A DNA stretch of 64,000 nucleotides. Origin: Eledone cirrhosa. Lineage: Eukaryota. A model generated the notes under the pieces. It was not told where the DNA came from, made no database searches, and saw only the letters and a list, made by a program, of their open reading frames with translations. The position numbers and the translations under genes are program-made. Location of the stretch: assembly GCA_964016885.1 (NCBI GenBank), contig OZ024751.1:36146001-36210000 (forward strand), given 5' to 3'. Positions 13,815 to 26,584 of the stretch are shown in pieces; position 1 is the first letter of the stretch, and every line of letters begins with the position of its first letter.

Positions 13815-14715
13815 TACATACATATATATATACATACATACATACATATATACATACATACATACATATATACATACATACATACATATATACATACATA
13901 TATATATACATACATACATATATACATACATACATATATATATACATACATACATATATACATACATACATATATATATACATACATACATATATATATA
14001 CATACATACATATATATATACATACATACATATATATATACATACATATATATATACATACATACATATATATATACATACATATATATATACATACATA
14101 CATATATATATATACATACATACATACATATATATATACATACATATATACATATATACATACATATATACATACATGTATACATACAGACATACATACA
14201 TATATACATACAGACATACATACATATATACATACATATATACATACATATATACATACATATATACATACAGACATACATACATATATACATACAGACA
14301 TACATATATACATACATATATACATATATATATATACATACATATATACATATATATATATACATATATATATACATATATATATACATACATATATACA
14401 TATATATATACATATATATATACATATATATATACATATATATATATACATATATACATACATATATACATACATATATACATACATATATACATATATA
14501 CATATATACATACATATATACATATATATATATACATACATATATACATATATATATATACATATATATATATTTCGTTTCTGAATTTGTTTAGCAAGAT
14601 TCTTTATCTGAAATCGTGTGTTGAAACCGATATTGTTATACATACATACATATACATACATACATATATACATACATACATATATACATACATATATACA
14701 TACATATATACATAT

Positions 14716-14775
<60 letters not shown>

Positions 14776-14836
14776 TATATACATATATACATATATATAT
14801 ATATAGATATATACATATATACATATATATATATAT
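13035..14836. repeat. (TA)n/(CATA)n microsatellite, interrupted at 14574-14640
   Basis: Direct reading. Confidence 0.97.
14574..14640 (-). mobile_element. Diverged solo fragment of the PLE 3' terminus
   Basis: Reverse complement TATAACAATATCGGTTTCAACACACGATTTCAGATAAAG matches 17116-17155 with several mismatches. Confidence 0.75.
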
Positions 14837-15096
14837 ATATTGTTATATTTGGGGAGGGTCATATTTGCGTAATATTGCCAGAATTAATAACAGAACACAC
14901 TCACTGTTTGGTTGGTTTTCGCTTCTCGCTGTCTTTTATATATATATATCTGCGATCTAACTTACTCGGTCCTCAATGTTGCCATTGACTGACCGGCGGT
15001 CAAAAATAATACAGATACAATATAGACAAACACATATATATATAGTTTACATAATTTACATAAATCTTTCGTTGCACATCTGCAACATCGTCAGTG
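14837..15096 (-). repeat. Inverted copy of the PLE 3' pLTR (260 bp)
   Basis: Reverse-complement match to 16867-17126 with no mismatch seen by eye. Confidence 0.95.
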
Positions 15097-16591
15097 CCCT
15101 AGTAGACCTATAAGAGGTAGACCCCCCACCATAACCTCAATGGCTAAAAAGACTCCCATAGGAAGGTGGATTGGGTGGACCAAAGCTATACGGACCCCCC
15201 AAAACACTGATCAGGTAAGAAAAATGGTCGCACATGCAATAGGGGCTAGTATCCAAACTACCCTAAAGGGCCACATATTTAAGTTCAATGAAAAAATCTA
15301 CACCCAAAATGAGGGAGCAGCCATCGGCGTCAGCATAGCTGGTGATGTTGCCAACCTTTTCATGGTATGGTGGGAAAGGAGACTTAAAGATCTCCTTAAT
15401 GAAAGCTCCATAGACCTCATCATGTACTCTCGTTATGTAGACGATATCAATATAGTTATAAGAACACCCCCACTAGAGAGCACTAACAAGTTTGATTTAG
15501 AACGTAGCACGATGGAAAGCATCCAGCAGATAGCTAATTCCATACACCAGAGTATAACTGTAACTATAGACTTCCCTTCCAAACACCCTAACAATAGACT
15601 ACCTGTATTAGACACAGAACTCTGGATTAACACTATAGACGAGAGAGCCCAAATTCTCCACTCACACTATGCTAAACCCATGGCCTCCAAATACCTGATA
15701 CTCAAAAACTCAGCAATGTCCAGTAGTGCTAAGTTTAATATTCTGATCGCAGATTTGGTACGAGTGATGAAGAATGTGTCCAGCATGTGCGACCCAACAT
15801 AAATGGAAGGACACATCCAACACTTCATCAACCGCATGCAGTTCTCTGGCTACAACCAAAGAGACAGAGTCAGAGTATACGAAGGAGCCATGGAAAAGTA
15901 TAAGACCCTCATAGAACTGGACATGAAAGGAATTTGCCCACTATACAGGAGCAAATCATGGAATAGCTTAGATAGGGCTAGACATAAGATAGGGAAGGCC
16001 ACATCATGGTACGACAACCAGAGATATCAGAGTGTCATGTTTGTGGACGCCACCCCTGGAGGGAAATTAGCTAACCAGTGTAGAAAGGCCCTGAGAAAGA
16101 CCCACTTAAAAATAAAGGTGGTAGAAAAGCCAGGAACCACCATAAAATCCCTGATCAGCAAAACCTACCCTTTTAAGAAAACCCACTGTACCAATAGGAA
16201 ATGTATCATATGTAAGGTGAACCCCCGGATAAACTGTAAAACTAGAAACGTAATCTATAGCATAAGATGTACAGAGGGTACTTGCAGAAACACGACAACA
16301 ACATACATAGGTGAGACAGCTCGTAGCATAGGTGAAAGGATAGACCAACACTGGGGGGAACTAAAAGGACGAAAAAACGGGTCAGTACTATACGAACATG
16401 CTAGACAACAACATGACGGTAACATAGACAACATAGAAATTAGAATAATATCTAAACATAGGAATGACCCAGCAGATAGGCAAATCAGAGAGGCCAGTGA
16501 AATAGAAATTAGAAGACCAAAGCTAAACAGAAAGAATGAGTGGAACAACAACAACACCCAAATAAACAACACTGACCTAAGAGAAGTATAA
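15095..16591 (+). pseudogene. PLE polyprotein: C-terminal part of reverse transcriptase, Cys linker, GIY-YIG endonuclease; single in-frame TAA at 15800-15802
   Basis: RT motifs YTQNEGAAIGVSIAGDVANLFM, RYVDDI, LPVLDT, HYAKP; linker CTNRKCIIC...C; endonuclease VIYSIRCTEGTC...YIGETARSIGERIDQH...EH...REA...LN. ORFs 15140-15802 and 15803-16591 share one frame, which stays open back to the inversion junction. RT motif A is absent. Confidence 0.93.
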
Positions 16592-16861
16592 ATAAATAAG
16601 TAAATTAAATTAAAATAAAATAAGATAAATAAATACATACACAAGCACATAAACACACACTAGTCACCCAGCAGACACAACACTATACACACTAGTCACA
16701 CATCACACATAACACTATACACACACGCAAACGCATGCGCAAAGAAGACAAAATAAAATAAGATAAACAAACAAGCAAATAAATAAATAAATATATAGAC
16801 AGACTGAACAAAAAAAAAAAATGGCGTAGACATACAACACAACAGGAGGAATAATGAATAT

Positions 16862-16936
16862 AACACCACTGACGATGTTGCAGATGTGCAACGAAAGATT
16901 TATGTAAATTATGTAAACTATATATATATGTGTTTG
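16862..16936 (+). ncRNA. Hammerhead-like motif at the start of the PLE pLTR (stems I/III imperfect)
   Basis: CTGACGA-T-GTTGCA-GATG-TGCAAC-GAAA core is clear. Stem III and stem I (AACAC/GTGTT, offset by a TA run) are uncertain. Confidence 0.55.
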
Positions 16937-17182
16937 TCTATATTGTATCTGTATTATTTTTGACCGCCGGTCAGTCAATGGCAACATTGAGGACCGAGTA
17001 AGTTAGATCGCAGATATATATATATAAAAGACAGCGAGAAGCGAAAACCAACCAAACAGTGAGTGTGTTCTGTTATTAATTCTGGCAATATTACGCAAAT
17101 ATGACCCTCCCCAAATATAACAATATCTGTTTCGACACACGATTTCATATAAAAAAACCTCGCAAAACTAATTCATCGCCGC

Positions 17183-17944
<762 letters not shown>

Positions 17945-18513
17945 TGGTGGCTGCCAACTCGTTTTCGAGTACGGCCACCACTTTATATCCATGTAGGAGA
18001 ACCCCTACCGATGCACTCTGGTACAAACACTACACTTGTGACAATTATTGACACAGTGCTGGGCCCATGGTACCATGTGACAACAAGTGCAGAGCGATCT
18101 CCAGATATAAAGCAATGCCTGTGCCGTGAAGCTTTTATAGTGAGCAAAGGCACTGCACAAAGCCAGTTCCACTCTCTTAACCAAGATGATATTTACCAAA
18201 AAGAAGAACAAGTCAACATCATTGGATACCATCAGAGTTGCAGGTGTTATATCAGAGTTTTCCATCTCCTAGAATTCTGCCTTGACAAAGGCTAAGGGGT
18301 CATCTCTCCCGGTGATTTTGGAGGGCCATTGACTCTTAAGAGCTCCTTTGCCCTTTGACAGGTTTTGTTTTTAGTCCTGCAGGATGTCCAAAGTCACTCT
18401 CCTCACCAAGAAACCTTGGTGGGGTTGCCAGTTTAGTCGCCAACGACCCGACCATGAGTCAGGTTGTACTGGGAATACATGTTACCAGTAGCACAAACTG
18501 GTGACCTGACATA
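17945..18513 (-). mobile_element. Non-coding repeat resembling an RTE-group 5' UTR (family R5)
   Basis: Close copy at 61104-61650 and diverged copy at 31400-32020. Minus strand has CTAGGAGATGGAAAACTCTGA, a motif I recognise from RTE-group 5' UTRs, plus several hairpins. Confidence 0.7.
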
Positions 18514-18621
18514 CTGATATACCCAGTTCCTGGTTGGGTTGTTATTTCACTGAGGAACTGGAATCATATGATTCCAGTTCCTCAGTGAAATAACAACCCA
18601 ACCAGGAACTGGGCATATCAG
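18514..18621. repeat. 108-bp spacerless palindrome (1 mismatch) at the 5' end of an HHR element
   Basis: Centred on CATATG at 18565-18570. Confidence 0.95.
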
Positions 18622-18682
18622 AGTATTGACAATATTATACACCTCAACAACATATGTACTTGTCTATACCATACTCATTCAA

Positions 18683-18737
18683 ACTGCCTGAAGAGGTCAC
18701 AGCCAAAAATGGCTGTTACTGAAATATATATAGCAGT
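18683..18737 (+). ncRNA. Minimal type I hammerhead ribozyme motif (H2)
   Basis: ACTGC-CTGAAGA-GGTCACAGCCA-AAAA-TGGCTGTTACT-GAAA-TATATA-TA-GCAGT, immediately followed by AATAAA. Confidence 0.85.
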
Positions 18738-18831
18738 AATAAACGAAGCTAAATTTTAAACATTTGACTTTTTATTTAACTTTATATACATACATATATA
18801 TATATATACATACATATATATATACATACAT

Positions 18832-18862
<31 letters not shown>

Positions 18863-18869
18863 CATACAT

Positions 18870-19033
18870 GCTGCTGTATGGGTCTGAGACTTGGACCTGA
18901 CCAAGAAACTCACTCAGATGGTGGATGGGTGCTACACGAGAATTCTGAGGATGGCTCTAAACATTAATCAGTATACACTGAGGAAGAAAAAATCTGAGCT
19001 GTATGGGAGCATCCCAAAAGTCAGCTCAAAAGT
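18870..19033 (+). pseudogene. RTE-X-like LINE RT fragment
   Basis: TWT/LTKKLTQMVDGCYTRILRMALNI...ELYGSIPKVSSKV. Confidence 0.8.
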
Positions 19034-19577
19034 GACACACCTTCTGTCTTATATTCTCTTATATTCTCAGACGTTACACACTTTCTGTCTTATATTCTCA
19101 GACGACACACTTTCTGTCTTATATTCTCAGACGACACACTTTCTGTCTTATATTCTCAGACGTTACACACTTTCTGTCTTATATTCTCAGACGACACACT
19201 TTCTGTCTTATATTCTCAGACGACACACTTTCTGTCTTATATTCTCAGACGTTACACACTTTCTGTCTTATATTCTCAGACGACACACTTTCTGTCTTAT
19301 ATTCTCAGACGTTACACACTTTCTGTCTTATATTCTCAGACGTTACACACTTTCTGTCATATATTCTCAGACGACACACTTTCTGTCTTATATTCTCAGA
19401 CGTTACACACTTTCTGTCTTATATTCTCAGACGTTACACACTTTCTGTCTTATACTCTCAGACGTTACACACTTTCTGTCATATATTCTCAGACGTTACA
19501 CACTTTCTGTCTTATATTGTCAGACGTTACACACTATCTGTCATATATTCTCAGACGTTACACACTTTCTGTCTTAT
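19034..19577. repeat. 28/30-bp minisatellite
   Basis: Repeated ACACTTTCTGTCTTATATTCTCAGACG(TT)AC. Confidence 0.95.
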
Positions 19578-19687
19578 CCTTTCTCTGTTTTCATTATTCA
19601 TATTTTCTCTGTTTCAATTCTATAATATCTGCTGTGTTCCCTAAAATCTTTCATCTCACCTCGTTTCCATTGACATATATTTCTTTA

Positions 19688-19802
19688 CCATTCTGTACCG
19701 TTCTTTACCGTTCTGTACCATTCTGTACCATTATGTACCATTCTGTACCATTCTGTACCATTCTGTACCATTCTTTACCATTCTTTACCATTCTTTACCG
19801 TT
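19688..19802. repeat. 10-bp tandem repeat
   Basis: (CCATTCTGTA)n with variants. Confidence 0.9.
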
Positions 19803-20516
19803 CTTTTCTTCACACAAACCAAAATTCCTTTTATTTTTTTCTCATTTTCAATTTTCATTATACCTTCTTTTTTTTCTTCTAATTCTTCTAACCCTCACCC
19901 TCTTTGCTTCATCACATACAATTCCAGATATTAAACTTCTCCTCTCGTTCGCTCTCAACATTGTTTTTCTCATCTTTTGTTTTCATTCACCCTCTGACTC
20001 TTATTTTCTTTTCATATAAAACCGGATGTTATATTCCTGTTACGGTCTTTGATGCAATGTCGGTCAAACATTCCCCTCCATTCCAACAGAAAGCCATTTT
20101 TAGAGAATATTCAATTGCTTCGAAGCAAATTAACAGCGAAAATCATGGCAAATTTCATTGTATGATTTAAAGTGAAACGAAAAAAAATCAATTAAATAAA
20201 ATTACAAAAATAGAATGAGCGAAGCAGCTTTACTAGAAACACACATATATACATCTAAAAACGGAAAAATTTGATATTAAAAATATCTGCAACCAAAGTC
20301 ATATTACTTCTTTGATTCTTTTGTTTTGTTTTGAATAATATATAGCAAAGGAAACGTAACAAGATGTGTCATTAGGTATTTCCATTCTTTTAAACTCTGA
20401 TCAAGTCAATAAAAGGAAAATTATGGAATTATAACGTTCCACGAACGTTTCAATAATCTATAAAAGAGATTGGATTTTCTGGTCATTAACATATTGATTA
20501 TATTATATTCGGTGAA

Positions 20517-20830
20517 AGGAGTATGGACAAATGGTTTAAGAAGATAGCTACGCAAACATTAGATCCCGGGTTCGAGTCAACTGCATAGAATTTATATTTA
20601 TCGGAGAGTCAAATTGAGCAAAGATTTGTGATAAAAGTTGGGCAACCAGGGATTGTTTAGAGTCAAAGGTTCAGTGAAGCCTTGTTATACTCCATACCAC
20701 ACCGACACTGAACCTGTTTTGCCAGTTATGTTAAAAGGTACAGGTATCTATAGTATACATAGTCACTTACAAGGTGATAAATGAGACACTGACTGCACTT
20801 GTAATTCAAAGAACTGAGAGTGAAATTAGC
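20517..20830 (+). mobile_element. Old tRNA-derived SINE
   Basis: TGGACAAATGGTTTAAG A-box-like and GGTTCGAGTC B-box-like head. Body is diverged. Confidence 0.45.
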
Positions 20831-20959
20831 GGTTCATTGAAGTATTTAAATACTCTTATTCACTCTCAGTGATTCTCTCTGTATATGTATATATATATAT
20901 TATATATATATATAGTGACGAAACATAAGTCAATTGCATGAACTCATAATCCTTTATTT

Positions 20960-21015
20960 ACTGCTATATATATTTCGATGATACCCATTGAATGGCTATG
21001 ACCTCATCAGGCAGT
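20960..21015 (-). ncRNA. Minimal type I hammerhead motif (H2, second variant) in a ~170-bp island within (TA)n
   Basis: Minus strand ACTGC-CTGATGA-GGTCATAGCCAT-TCA-ATGGGTATCATC-GAAA-TATATA-TA-GCAGT then AAATAAA. Confidence 0.85.
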
Positions 21016-21121
21016 TAGTCAGTTCTTAGATATGCCAGCTCTGTGTTTATAGTGTTGATGGTATCAGAGCCTTGGGACATATTATATATATATATATGTA
21101 TATATATATATGTATGTATAT

Positions 21122-21355
21122 AACAAAAACCTATTGGCTTAATTCGGATCTAGCTGTTGAAACAGCCGGAGCTCAGCCGTCGGGGTCCTAAATCCTTTCA
21201 TTCTACATGTTATAACCCTGGAACTGTGCAGCTACCGGCAATGAGTGTATTCTAAGAAAAATATCATTCACAGCAACACATTTGTTTTCACAGTTTATAT
21301 CTACAGAAATGTGTCGTACAACTCTGCTGAATATTGTATGTCAATCTGTTGTAAT

Positions 21356-21358
<3 letters not shown>
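21122..21358 (+). mobile_element. H3-related island in (TA)n with 3' half of a hammerhead
   Basis: TAGCTGTT-GAAA-CAGCCGGAGCTCAGCCG-TC-GGGGT. The CTGANGA half is missing. Confidence 0.65.
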
Positions 21359-21435
<77 letters not shown>

Positions 21436-21517
21436 GTTATTCCGGGTTGAATCGGAGGTAACCACAGTAAGTAAGGTACTCAATACATAGCAGAGTATAA
21501 CAGTTTTAATATAGATG

Positions 21518-21568
21518 AGATTCTACAGGACTAGAACTGTTTCATTCATTAGAAATCATCAGGAATCT
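21518..21568 (-). ncRNA. Type I hammerhead motif (H4)
   Basis: AGATTC-CTGATGA-T-TTC-TAAT-GAA-T-GAAA-CAG-TTCTAGTC-CTG-TA-GAATCT. Confidence 0.85.
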
Positions 21569-21694
21569 GGGTATCAAAAAATAAATATGGTATTTATAGG
21601 TCTCTATCAACCAATGACCTGCACCCATCCCACTCCCCACCCTCTCCTACCACTTGTAGAGACCTATAAATACCATATTTATTTTTTGATACCC

Positions 21695-21745
21695 AGATTC
21701 CTGATGATTTCTAATGAATGAAACAGTTCTAGTCCCGTAGAATCT
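21695..21745 (+). ncRNA. Type I hammerhead motif (H4, one stem III mismatch)
   Basis: As 21518-21568 but CCG instead of CTG in stem III. Confidence 0.78.
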
Positions 21746-21757
21746 CATCTATATTAA

Positions 21758-21820
<63 letters not shown>

Positions 21821-21870
21821 CGTATATATTCATGTATATACAGATGTATAAGTGCGGGTATGTATTCCCC

Positions 21871-21954
<84 letters not shown>

Positions 21955-22242
21955 TAATTATTGCTAATAAGTTCTTATGGAACAAATTGATTTCTGCAGT
22001 TCGTTTTATTTATCTGTACAGAAAACAATAACATAATTCAAATTACATTTCCACAGATATAAATTGATGTATTGTCAACACTTCTAATATAAAAGAGGAC
22101 AATTTGTTAAATATTTCTTTCCTGATATATATAAACGATGCTCTGAATTGAAAATAGAGGAAAGCAATTTATTTCGTTACCCAGCAGCCGCAGGATACAC
22201 ACGCTATCACAGCTACACTGATATATATATATATATATATAT

Positions 22243-22434
22243 AGTTTTAATATAGATGAGATTCTACAGGACTAGAACTGTTTCATTCATTAGAAATCAT
22301 CAGATTCCTGATGATTTCTAATGAATGAAACAGTTGTAGTCCTGTAGAATCTCATCTATATTAAAACTGTTATACTCTGCTATGTATTGAGTACCTTACT
22401 TACTGTGGTTACCTCCGATTCAACCCGGAATAAC

Positions 22435-22435
<1 letters not shown>
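22243..22435 (+). mobile_element. Second H4 fold-back element, opposite orientation to 21435
   Basis: 22302-22435 is the reverse complement of 21435-21568. 22243-22303 is an inverted partial copy. Confidence 0.88.
22302..22352 (+). ncRNA. Type I hammerhead motif (H4)
   Basis: AGATTC-CTGATGA-TTTCTAATGAAT-GAAA-CAG-TTGTAGTC-CTG-TA-GAATCT. Confidence 0.85.
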
Positions 22436-22499
<64 letters not shown>

Positions 22500-22503
<4 letters not shown>

Positions 22504-23035
22504 TATGTATACGTAAATAGATATATGTATACAGACGTACAGTAGTATGTATATATATACATACTACTGTGCGTCTGTATACATTTATGTATGTACATAT
22601 ACATACTTATATTTAAGTAACAGCCGTACTAAGAGTGAGAAATGAAATTTCGTTTCATTTTTTCTATTTATCGTTTTCGGTGCACCCGGCCGATTAACAC
22701 ACTCGATATGCAAATTAGGCTGCTCAGCCGTTAATATGCATAAGGAAAGTATATACTTTCAGACGTTCAATCATCTGACAGGAAGGTATACAGTGCTGAG
22801 GATAGCTAATAAGCTTGAAACTAGTACATCGTTCCTTTGTCAGTGTTGAACAAAAGGGCAACAATAAATGTTCGGTAAATCTATACGTACATATATATAT
22901 GTGTGCATGTATGTATATATATACATACTACTGTACGTCTGTATACATATATGTATGTACGTATACATACTTATATTTAAGTAACAGCCGTACTAAGAGT
23001 GGGAAATGAAATTTCGTTTCATTTTTTCCATTTAT
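22500..23035 (+). mobile_element. Non-coding HHR element (family H5): 364-nt unit, partial tandem, inverted 5' piece
   Basis: Direct repeat ~22555-22670 / ~22920-23032 (offset 364); imperfect palindrome 22500-22610; HHR inside. A third 3' end lies at 37377-37458. Confidence 0.82.
22790..22832 (+). ncRNA. Minimal type I hammerhead motif (H5)
   Basis: ACAGTG-CTGAGGA-T-AGCT-AATA-AGCT-T-GAAA-CTAG-TA-CATCGT: palindromic loop III, GUA site, AATAAA about 30 nt downstream. Confidence 0.82.
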
Positions 23036-24108
23036 ATATATATATATATATACATATGTGCTATATGTGTGCGTGCGTGCGTGTGCGTGTTTGTGTGTGT
23101 GTGTGTGTGTATGTGTGTGTGAGAGAGAGATAGAGAGTGTTATATATCTATCTATACATCTATATATGCATGTATGTATACATAGCACCACACGATGCGT
23201 TGAATCTAACCTCCCACTTCAACAAATATTATTATACACAGGTGTAGAAAAAAGAGACTACAACTGAAAGAGTTGCAGAGAATTCGGTATAATAAGAATA
23301 TCAGAGGTAACTGAATATAGCACAGGTAACACGTTTACCGTCTTCACCTGATGGCTGTCACCTTGGTTATTCTATTAACGTGCATTAGATAACTTGGAGT
23401 TATGTATTTCTTATGTCGTGTAATGTTATACCCGTCCATATTTTGTATTTATATTTTTACCATCAAAGAATTTAGTCTACAATAAATATATGGAAACTTT
23501 TCTTCTAGAAACTTAATATTGACTTAATTCATATTTTCCCCAAGCTAATATTTAGAGGAAAACGTGTTGAGCTTAGCAAACGGAGACACACCAACAGTTT
23601 CGAGGAAATTTTCCAAAATTTGTATAACTTAAATAATACCTTTATACCTTATGTGTGACTCTAACAATGTTCCATGAAAAATATCATTTAGTGTATTTAC
23701 ACTATTATGTAGTAATATTTGCTTATCGTGCCGTGTTCTTAATTGAAACAAATGAAACATTACTGATGAGGTTCCATTGGGCTGTATGGTCTACAAGATT
23801 CACAAGATATCTTTAACTGTTGATGCTGAATTTTAGGGTTAATGAAAAACAAAATATATTATAATAATGATGATGGAGAGAGTGAAATAAATGGCGGAAT
23901 AAATCCATGTAAAAATACACAAAATTCTTATTTAACTTTCTCTATTCCAGGAAGTATTCGAAGAATCCATTTTGAAATGTAATTATTATTCTGTCGAATG
24001 CAAATCCTCACAGGGATTTGTCTTCGACAGTTCAAAATAATGAAATACACGGCAATTAAGAAATTCCATCATTTTTATCTATATATTTATTTATATATTT
24101 GTTACTTC

Positions 24109-24139
<31 letters not shown>

Positions 24140-24686
24140 AAGTAACAAATATATAAATAAATATATATTATTTTAGATATATATTTTTTGTAGACAAAAA
24201 TAGTGGAAACCAACAAGGATATTTCACAGTCGGTGTACGGAGGACTTTTAAAGTTTACAATTGGCAGCGACAAAATGTGACATCGGTGTCATAGCAAGAA
24301 GCAGTATGTTTTGATTTATAGACAAGTATGCCATGAATATCTCCAGAGATTTCGTAAGAATTCGTTATTCGAAATATTCGATTACGTTAACGTGTGACCT
24401 CTGAGAGTTTTCAAAATACATTTTGTGCATGATTATTAGGAAATTAACACCGATTCAAATTCGATATCCATTTCTACGACAGAGAAGGCAGCAAATAGAC
24501 CATCAACAGTTAGACAAAACAAACAAGCATAAATGTCATTCGATTTCCATATTTCCATGAATATAAAATTTGAATTGAAAATGATATCACAGCTCCCAGT
24601 TTCAAGGAAAATAAACCATTTAAAATGAAAATATCAAATAGTACTTTTATAATTATATATAACCATATATATAACCATATTATATT

Positions 24687-24749
<63 letters not shown>

Positions 24750-24788
24750 AGAGAGAGAGTGAGAGAGAGAGAGAGTGAGAGAGAGAAG

Positions 24789-24860
<72 letters not shown>

Positions 24861-24894
24861 AGAGAAGGAGAGAGAGCTTGAATAACATGTACTT

Positions 24895-25180
24895 ATTGGC
24901 AGAGTCGTTAGAAGGTCTGATAGAACACTTTGCAGTATTAGTTTTGGCTCTTTACTCTCTGAGTTCAAATTCCACCAAGGTCAACTTTATCTTTCATCCA
25001 TTTGCGGTCAATAAAAAAAGTTCCAGTCAAATACTGGCGCCGAGCTTTCCTCTGTATATCTTTCTTACTGCATCTCTCTCATTCACTCTCCCTCTCTAAA
25101 AGAAATCTGTTGTATTCATATCTTGAAAAACCTTGGCGTCGTTATGCTTAAACATGCCCTAGAAATATAATTTATAGAAA
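24895..25180 (+). mobile_element. Diverged S1-related SINE with long 3' tail
   Basis: TTGGCAGAGTCGTTAGA head, GAGTTCAAATTCC, CTTTCATCC core. Tail resembles 55440-55580. Confidence 0.65.
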
Positions 25181-26197
25181 CGTCTATGAATAATCCATGT
25201 CTTATTGTGTCTGGCCTTTCTCTGTATGTTGTATGTGTTAGTATAACGTGCCTGAATGTCTTGTACTCCTGTGTTTGTTTGTGTATGTTTGCCTTATGTA
25301 GCCTACACGTTGTGTGTTATATTTTGACTTGTGTGTCGGTGCAATTGTCTACCTTCGTGCTAAACTATTATACTATACAAGTTTTCAGTCGTGGCCATCC
25401 ATAATTATCCTGTCTGACTTTCTATTGAGGCATATTATGAGTAGTGAACAATCTCGTATTTATGGAATATGGCAACAGTTCCACTCTTCAAAATATATCA
25501 GAAGTTATTTTTAAAAAAATCTAGCATAGTGTAGCTGCCTAGTAGTAAAACATCTATAGAAAAATAACTTAGTTATATTTAAATAACTAAATCACTATAA
25601 ATGTAAATCAGGTATATTTATAAATAGCTAGCAGCCAAAACCCAATAATCATATAAAATATATTTCAAGAGAGGTAACGATAAGAACTTTATTCATAATT
25701 AGGCCATAGAACAAAAACAAAACAAGAAAAAATCAGAATGATGGTCCTATGGGTGTCAAAGGATTAATGGCTGATAATCGATGTAAAAACATATAAAAGG
25801 TATCAAATATAAATATGTAAAACACATTACAAAATATAAAATAGTAAACAGACACTGCCTAGTAAATATGTTTTTGTTGAGAAAAAACTCATTTTTATCT
25901 ATTTATTAAATATGTGTCCCTGTAGACAACCAGGTATAAAACATATCAAATGCGAAAAGGCCAAACCTCTATAAGTAAAAATAACAGAATACTTCTAACT
26001 AATAACCTTTTTAGGAAATTTCGAAGTATAGAGTCACTATTAATAACACACACACATGCACGCACCCTCCCCGCCACACGCAGACACACATATATATGTA
26101 CATATATATATGTATATATATATATACGCAGTATGCGCTTCCTCATTCAGTTCTTTTGTAGCCTGCTTGTTGAACCAATTCATGACACAAGCATCTC

Positions 26198-26289
<92 letters not shown>

Positions 26290-26536
26290 ACAGTAGTATA
26301 TGCTGAAATATAATGTAAACGAACCCAAAGCATACTAGAAAACAATCCTGTAAAAACCTTATCGACTCAGCCATAGGTAAATTGTATTCAAACACGTCCT
26401 TCAATGCCATAGTGCATTCTTCACAGTAAACAATGACCAGCCCGTTCCAATTACTGCTATGGGGAAATGACAGACGTCACCAGTCTGCAGCCCTTTTTTA
26501 ACATTGTTTCCATACTACCCTGTTTCCGTCCCCCCT

Positions 26537-26584
<48 letters not shown>

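Larger units (their letters stand above)
14837..17182 (+). mobile_element. Penelope-like retroelement, 5'-truncated, with inverted pLTR copy at its 5' end
   Basis: RT+GIY-YIG frame; 14837-15096 is the reverse complement of 16867-17126; (TA)n on both sides. Confidence 0.93.
21435..21761. mobile_element. Fold-back HHR element (family H4) in (TA)n
   Basis: Inverted arms 21502-21606 / 21657-21761 with a 50-bp C-rich spacer. Each arm contains an HHR. Confidence 0.88.

Noticed and set aside
13007-14824. YI/IY/MYV-repeat ORFs here and throughout the window
   Set aside because: Translations of (TA)n/(CATA)n microsatellites.
15800-15805. TAAATG junction as a two-gene or stop-restart arrangement
   Set aside because: Both ORFs share one frame and the stop falls within the RT thumb region of a normally single PLE ORF. 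A nonsense mutation is simpler.
16960-17012. GCCGGTC...CAATG-GCAA-CATTG...GACC as a twister or HDV-like ribozyme
   Set aside because: Only a GNRA-capped hairpin is evident. The conserved loops and pseudoknots of those classes are missing.
19034-19577. CRISPR-like regular ~30-bp repeats
   Set aside because: Units are contiguous with no unique spacers, the context is eukaryotic, and there are no cas genes. This is a minisatellite.
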